A stretch of 64,000 nucleotides of DNA from NCBI GenBank assembly GCA_902583575.1, contig CACHWY010000005.1:16564-80563 (forward strand), written 5' to 3'. How positions within the stretch are numbered: position 1 is the stretch's first letter; every line of letters starts with the position of its first letter. This DNA is from an uncultured SAR86 cluster bacterium (GTDB lineage: Bacteria; Pseudomonadota; Gammaproteobacteria; Magnimaribacterales; D2472). The position numbers and the translations under genes were made by a program. The notes under the pieces were generated by a model. That model saw only the letters and a program-made list of their open reading frames with translations, was not told the DNA's origin and made no database searches. Positions 59,342 through 64,000 of this stretch are shown piece after piece.

Positions 59342-60136
59342 ATGCACGAAATAGCTGACATAGCTTGCAACTTTACAAGTGAAAGATTTAACAAAGATCT
59401 TGATGAGGTTATTAGTAGAGCTATAACAAATAAAATTACTAAATTTGGTCTAATATGTAGTCAGTTAGATGATGTAGAAAAATTACTTAATATATATAAC
59501 CAATATTCCAATGATATTTTTTTTACAATTGGTGTACATCCTCATCATGCAAAAGAAATTAATGATGAATATTTAAAAAAACTTAAAGAAACAGTAACTA
59601 ATAATAACCCTCATGCTATTGGCGAAACAGGATTAGATTTTTTTAGAAACTTATCTACTTATGAAGAACAAATATATGCGTTTGAGGAACAAATCAAGAT
59701 CGCGATTGATAAAAACAAACCTCTTTTTCTACATCAAAGAGATTCACATGATGATTTTATAAAGATTCTAAGGAAATATTCATCTAATATTAGTAAGGCA
59801 GTTGTGCATTGTTTTACTGGTACTCAACAGCAATTAGATGATTATTTAGAACTAGATTGCTATATAGGTGTTACTGGATGGATATGCGATGAAAAGAGAA
59901 ATGTTGAACTTCGTAAAACAATAAAAAACATTCCTTTGGATAAATTGATGATTGAAACTGACTGTCCATATTTAATTCCCAAAAATCTCCCTGACAAACC
60001 TAAAAATAATAGAAATGAACCAAGCAATTTAAATCACATAATTAATGAGATTGCTGTATTAATGGAAATTGATATTAATATACTTAAAAAAGAAACTTTC
60101 AAAAATACTGTAGACTTTTTTAATGCTATTTCATGA
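59342..60136 (+). CDS. TatD-family metal-dependent hydrolase
   Basis: Shows GVHPHH, IGETGLDFF, LHQRDSHDDF, HCFTG and ETDCPYL. Confidence 0.9.
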   Translation: MHEIADIACNFTSERFNKDLDEVISRAITNKITKFGLICSQLDDVEKLLNIYNQYSNDIFFTIGVHPHHAKEINDEYLKKLKETVTNNNPHAIGETGLDFFRNLSTYEEQIYAFEEQIKIAIDKNKPLFLHQRDSHDDFIKILRKYSSNISKAVVHCFTGTQQQLDDYLELDCYIGVTGWICDEKRNVELRKTIKNIPLDKLMIETDCPYLIPKNLPDKPKNNRNEPSNLNHIINEIAVLMEIDINILKKETFKNTVDFFNAIS

Positions 60137-60332
60137 AAAAATTTACAAAAAGTATAAATCCGACAGTTAAAATTATGAGTTTAATCCAGCTAGGAAGATT
60201 CGATTCTCCAATTTCACCAGCAATTATGATACCAACAATCATTGATATACCAAAAAAAGAAAAAAATAATACATCTGGCCAATGAATATTTTCAATTAAG
60301 CCTTCGATGAAATTTGTTAGTGCTTTCCCCAT
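60126..60332 (-). CDS. small 2-TM membrane protein, hypothetical
   Basis: 68 aa with two hydrophobic helices and no recognisable family. Confidence 0.4.
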   Translation of the reverse strand: MGKALTNFIEGLIENIHWPDVLFFSFFGISMIVGIIIAGEIGESNLPSWIKLIILTVGFILFVNFFMK

Positions 60333-60349
60333 AAACTTATACTCCTAAT

Positions 60350-60913
60350 CTAATAAATTCCTTCGCCCATAAATGTTTTATCTAGTGAAGAAATAGACAC
60401 GACCTTTTTTACATTTTTAGAAGGACAACATAAAGCATCACCTTCGTTGTATGTTAAAGCTTTAAAGATTAAATTATTTTTTTTCTTACCAAAATATTCT
60501 CCATCAATATCTAAACCTCTGCTTCCAATTTGAGAAAAGCTATGAGGTTCATAAATAATTCCATCAGTATCGTATTTAGGTTCTTTAGCAGTTGCAATAA
60601 AAAGATAATGGGCATAAGCATTTGTACAATCAAAACCTTCAAGAACTATAAACACTAACAGATCATCATAGCCGTCATCATTTATATCCAATAAGTGATA
60701 TTTTCTTGCAGCTTCATATTCTCCGCCACAGACACCAAACTCACTTGAGCCTCTTGATTTATATATTTGCTTGGTTCCAATTGCAACCAGATCATTCATA
60801 AAAAGTTCCCCATCTAAATCTTGAATATAGTTTGATTTTGTTTTTGTACATGAAAATAAAAAAATTAATAATATAAACAAGGAGGCTATATTAAATTTTT
60901 TTACACTAGTCAT
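60350..60913 (-). CDS. lipoprotein, hypothetical
   Basis: Has a signal peptide with the lipobox LFSC. It is Cys-rich, and the LDINDDGYDDLLV segment resembles an FG-GAP/VCBS-like calcium loop. Confidence 0.55.
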   Translation of the reverse strand: MTSVKKFNIASLFILLIFLFSCTKTKSNYIQDLDGELFMNDLVAIGTKQIYKSRGSSEFGVCGGEYEAARKYHLLDINDDGYDDLLVFIVLEGFDCTNAYAHYLFIATAKEPKYDTDGIIYEPHSFSQIGSRGLDIDGEYFGKKKNNLIFKALTYNEGDALCCPSKNVKKVVSISSLDKTFMGEGIY

Positions 60914-60933
60914 AATTCTTAAACATTAAGAAT

Positions 60934-62034
60934 TTAAAATACGCTTTTAGATAGGTTAAATTCATTACAAATATCTTCTAAGTCAGATCCTACCTTTTTA
61001 GCATTATATTTAATTTCTGGTTTAGTTTTAGAATATCTTGGTGATGCATTAGGCTGATTAAAGCCATCTATACTTGTAAAAGCTTCTCTTTCTAGATTAT
61101 GTGGATGGGCTTGTGCCTCTTCCATACTTAGCACTGGTGTAACACAGGCATCACTTTCCGAGAATATTTCAACCCACTCAGATCTAGATTTTGATTTAAT
61201 CTTTATTACCATTTTTTCTTTTAACTCTGGCCATAAATCTTTATTGTGTTGGTCTTTGAATTGCTCATCATCTATTTCTAGCTTCTCTAGGAGCTCAGAA
61301 TAAAATTGAGGTTCAATTGATCCTACAGCAATATATTTATTATCTGAACATTCGTATGTGTCATAAAAGTGAGCAAAACCATCAAGTAAGTTAGATTCTC
61401 TTTTATCTTCCCAGTGCCCCATTTCTTTTAATGAATAAAAGAAAGACATTAGTGATAGAGATCCATCTACCATTGCTGAATCAACTACTTGTCCTTCCCC
61501 TGTTTTTAGAGAATGAATTAATCCAGAAACTATTCCAAAAGCAAGATGCATCCCTCCGCCACCATAGTCACCAATTAAATTTAGCGGAGGTATTGGGTTT
61601 GAATCTTTTCTACCAATAGAGTTTAAAGCACCAGATAAACTAATATAGTTAATATCATGGCCTGCAAGGTTAGACATAGGGCCTTTTTGCCCCCAGCCAG
61701 TCATTCTTCCATATACAAGCTTAGGATTTCTTTCTAAACAAATATCTGGGCCAAGACCTAATTTTTCCATAACGCCTGGTCTATATCCTTCAAAAACAAC
61801 ATCAACTTGATCTATTAATTTAAGTATTTCATTAATTGTGTCTTTATTTTTAAGATCTGCAGTTATTGAACGTTTTGATCTGTTATGAATATCATATTTA
61901 TTCTCAACACCCTCAGAGCCTTTCCTTCCAACTCTAATTACATCAGCTCCCATATCAGCTAATAGCATTCCACAATAAGGACCAGGCCCAATTCCTGAAA
62001 ACTCTAAAATTTTTATATCTTTAAGTGGTCCCAT
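60934..62034 (-). CDS. family III CoA-transferase (CaiB/BaiF), alpha-methylacyl-CoA racemase-like
   Basis: Shows ILEFSGIGPGPYCGMLLADMGADVIRV, GHDINYISLSG and IGDYGGGGM. Confidence 0.86.
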   Translation of the reverse strand: MGPLKDIKILEFSGIGPGPYCGMLLADMGADVIRVGRKGSEGVENKYDIHNRSKRSITADLKNKDTINEILKLIDQVDVVFEGYRPGVMEKLGLGPDICLERNPKLVYGRMTGWGQKGPMSNLAGHDINYISLSGALNSIGRKDSNPIPPLNLIGDYGGGGMHLAFGIVSGLIHSLKTGEGQVVDSAMVDGSLSLMSFFYSLKEMGHWEDKRESNLLDGFAHFYDTYECSDNKYIAVGSIEPQFYSELLEKLEIDDEQFKDQHNKDLWPELKEKMVIKIKSKSRSEWVEIFSESDACVTPVLSMEEAQAHPHNLEREAFTSIDGFNQPNASPRYSKTKPEIKYNAKKVGSDLEDICNEFNLSKSVF

Positions 62035-64000
62035 TATTTAAATACCTCATATTTTACTAATAGATTAGGTAATAACGTTAATGAACTAATAAAAGCTAAT
62101 ATCATAGCAATCGCAGTAAAAAGTCCAAAGAGGATTGTAGGGAAGAAATTAGATAAAGATAATATTAAGAAACCTGCTGAAATAGTAGAAGCTGTATAAA
62201 AAATTGCTCTTCCTGTTGTAGCATGGGCATTACTAAGAGCTAATGATGTCGAGCCAGTAATCTTTAATTCTTTTTTATACCTATAAATATAGTGAATAGT
62301 ATTATCCACTGCCATGCCAACACTTATTGCAGCAACTGTTATTGTCATAATATCTAATGGTATTCTTAAAAGACCTAATAATCCCATAACAGATGATGCA
62401 ACAAAGATATTTGGTAATAGTCCTATAATCATTACCTTTGTGGATCTGAAAATTAAAAAAAGCATTACAGATATAACAACAAAAACTATTATTAAAGATC
62501 CGATCTGCGATCTAAATAATGACTGCAACATATTATTATATAAAACTGCTAGTCCTGTTATCTCATATTGAGATGGTTCTAAATTAAATTTATTTTGCAG
62601 ATCTTCATTTATCATCTTTAATAGATCATTTCTATTTAGTTCTGTAGCAGACTCATTAACTCTAGTTGAAATTCTAACAACTGAGTCATCTTTATTTATA
62701 TATGAATACAATAATGATTCTCTAATATCTTCTGGCAAAACTGATCTTAATAAAGCTAGCTCAAGATCATTTAAATCTTTGCCATCATTAATTTGTCGAG
62801 CAAGTTTTACCCCGCTAGCAACACTTAGGACCTTACCAATTTCTGGTATTGAATCTAAATAATCATGAATTTCTTCTAATTCATTTAAAGAATAGATATT
62901 CCACCAATAACCAGCAGCAGTGCTTGTTTCATCATCAAATAAGTCATCTTCAAAAAACTCGTCGTCAATTTCTATTGATTCAAACGTATCTTCTGGTTGA
63001 GAGATAATAATATCTAAAGTTGCTGTACCACCTAATTTTGAATCAATCTCTAACATTCCTTTATATATTTCAGTATTTTTATCAAAGTAATCTATAAATC
63101 TATTTTCAACTTCTAATTTCGATATTCCTATGCATAAAATAATAAAAGAAGTAAAAAACGTAACTGATATTAAAGATTTATTACTTTGTGAAAAATTTAA
63201 TAAAGTATTTGTTATTTTGTGCAGTGATAGGAAATCTTTGGTGCCACCGACTTTGATTAAATAGATTGCGCAAGGCAAGAATGTAAAAGTAAGAATAAAA
63301 GCAATAGAGATTCCAAAAGCCATCATTTTTCCAAATTCAATGACAGGCTTTAATTCACCAAAAGTTAATGATAAGAAAGCAACAGCTGTAGTAAGCGCTG
63401 CAAAAAAACATGGCGTAAACATTTGATCATAACCATGAATAATCGCATCTTTAATATCCATTTCTTTTTTAATTTCATTAATTTTTACTAATAAATGAAC
63501 CGTCAAAGAAATTGTTAGTATAAGTAATAGCGCTATAAAATTAGATGACACTACACTTATTTTCCAATCCATATAACCTAAAAAACCCGCAGTTATAAAA
63601 GCAGCAAGAAATGCATTTATTAATGGCATCACTACATACCAGAGTGAACCAAAAAATAGATATAACATCAAGGCAAAAATTAGAGCAACCGCAGAGCCAA
63701 AAATTAGAAGATCCGATTCAATATAATCCATCATATCTGAGGCTATCATTGATGGGCCCCCAAGATAAATTGTTGCATCATCTCGATACTTATCTAATGT
63801 AGACCTTATATTTTTTATTAATATTTTATTAAAATCAGACTCTTGATCATTTAGCTCACTTATTCTCTTATTAATCATATCTAACTCATTTTGAAGAGTT
63901 GTTTTTAATTTATTGGTAAGCGGTTCTTTTGAAGATACTTGTTCAAGTAACTCATATCTTTTATCTATTAGTCCGTTATATTCGTTATTACCCCTTAAGA
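62034..64000 (-). CDS. RND-superfamily (MMPL/HpnN-like) exporter, N-terminus beyond right edge
   Basis: The ORF track starts it at ATG 63878, but the frame stays open to the window end (..LRGNNEYNGLIDKRYELLEQ..). It has two blocks of about 5-6 TM segments separated by a large soluble loop. Its stop overlaps the racemase ATG by 1 nt. Confidence 0.78.
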   Translation of the reverse strand, partial: LRGNNEYNGLIDKRYELLEQVSSKEPLTNKLKTTLQNELDMINKRISELNDQESDFNKILIKNIRSTLDKYRDDATIYLGGPSMIASDMMDYIESDLLIFGSAVALIFALMLYLFFGSLWYVVMPLINAFLAAFITAGFLGYMDWKISVVSSNFIALLLILTISLTVHLLVKINEIKKEMDIKDAIIHGYDQMFTPCFFAALTTAVAFLSLTFGELKPVIEFGKMMAFGISIAFILTFTFLPCAIYLIKVGGTKDFLSLHKITNTLLNFSQSNKSLISVTFFTSFIILCIGISKLEVENRFIDYFDKNTEIYKGMLEIDSKLGGTATLDIIISQPEDTFESIEIDDEFFEDDLFDDETSTAAGYWWNIYSLNELEEIHDYLDSIPEIGKVLSVASGVKLARQINDGKDLNDLELALLRSVLPEDIRESLLYSYINKDDSVVRISTRVNESATELNRNDLLKMINEDLQNKFNLEPSQYEITGLAVLYNNMLQSLFRSQIGSLIIVFVVISVMLFLIFRSTKVMIIGLLPNIFVASSVMGLLGLLRIPLDIMTITVAAISVGMAVDNTIHYIYRYKKELKITGSTSLALSNAHATTGRAIFYTASTISAGFLILSLSNFFPTILFGLFTAIAMILAFISSLTLLPNLLVKYEVFK

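Overview
This is a very AT-rich window (about 30% G+C by eye, not computed) that is about 95% coding. Gene order matches enterobacterial and pseudomonad neighbourhoods: clpS-clpA-infA, rne/rluC-rpmF-fabD-fabG-acpP-mltG-tmk-holB, mrp/metG and rnt/grxD. It also encodes a complete Na+-NQR operon and NhaB. I infer a streamlined marine gammaproteobacterium, possibly SAR86-like, but this window cannot prove that.

I support about 70 CDS and three tRNAs: Arg-ACG, Arg-UCG and Ser-GGA. I also call one canonical LexA (SOS) box and one clear intrinsic terminator. Both edge genes are partial and absent from the ORF track: a PhoD-like phosphatase at the left edge and an RND/MMPL-type exporter at the right edge. 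A 56-aa Trm112/YcaR-family gene (44274..44444) also falls below the ORF-track length cutoff.

I saw no rRNA, CRISPR array, transposase, integrase, prophage or recognisable canonical defence system. Most of the window is housekeeping: TCA and glyoxylate enzymes, purine synthesis, tRNA modification, fatty-acid synthesis, Fe-S biogenesis and Na+ bioenergetics.

The stretches most worth a second look are:
- a five-gene envelope cassette (DUF3604 / PpiC / extended HupE / secreted MBL / 2-TM peptide) bracketed by two paralogous tRNA-Arg genes;
- a small patch next to tRNA-Ser with a perfect LexA box over the promoter of an apparently leaderless 72-aa gene, and a terminator-containing leader in front of an EamA exporter;
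- a gap-free MoxR / CoxE-like VWA / 13-TM permease / ABC-2 / queF gene string;
- a cysteine-free, truncated Mrp/ApbC homologue;
- an orphan CofE-like ligase;
- a probable heteromeric acyl-CoA dehydrogenase pair.

All functional calls rest on motifs I recognise by eye and on remembered synteny. No database search was run.
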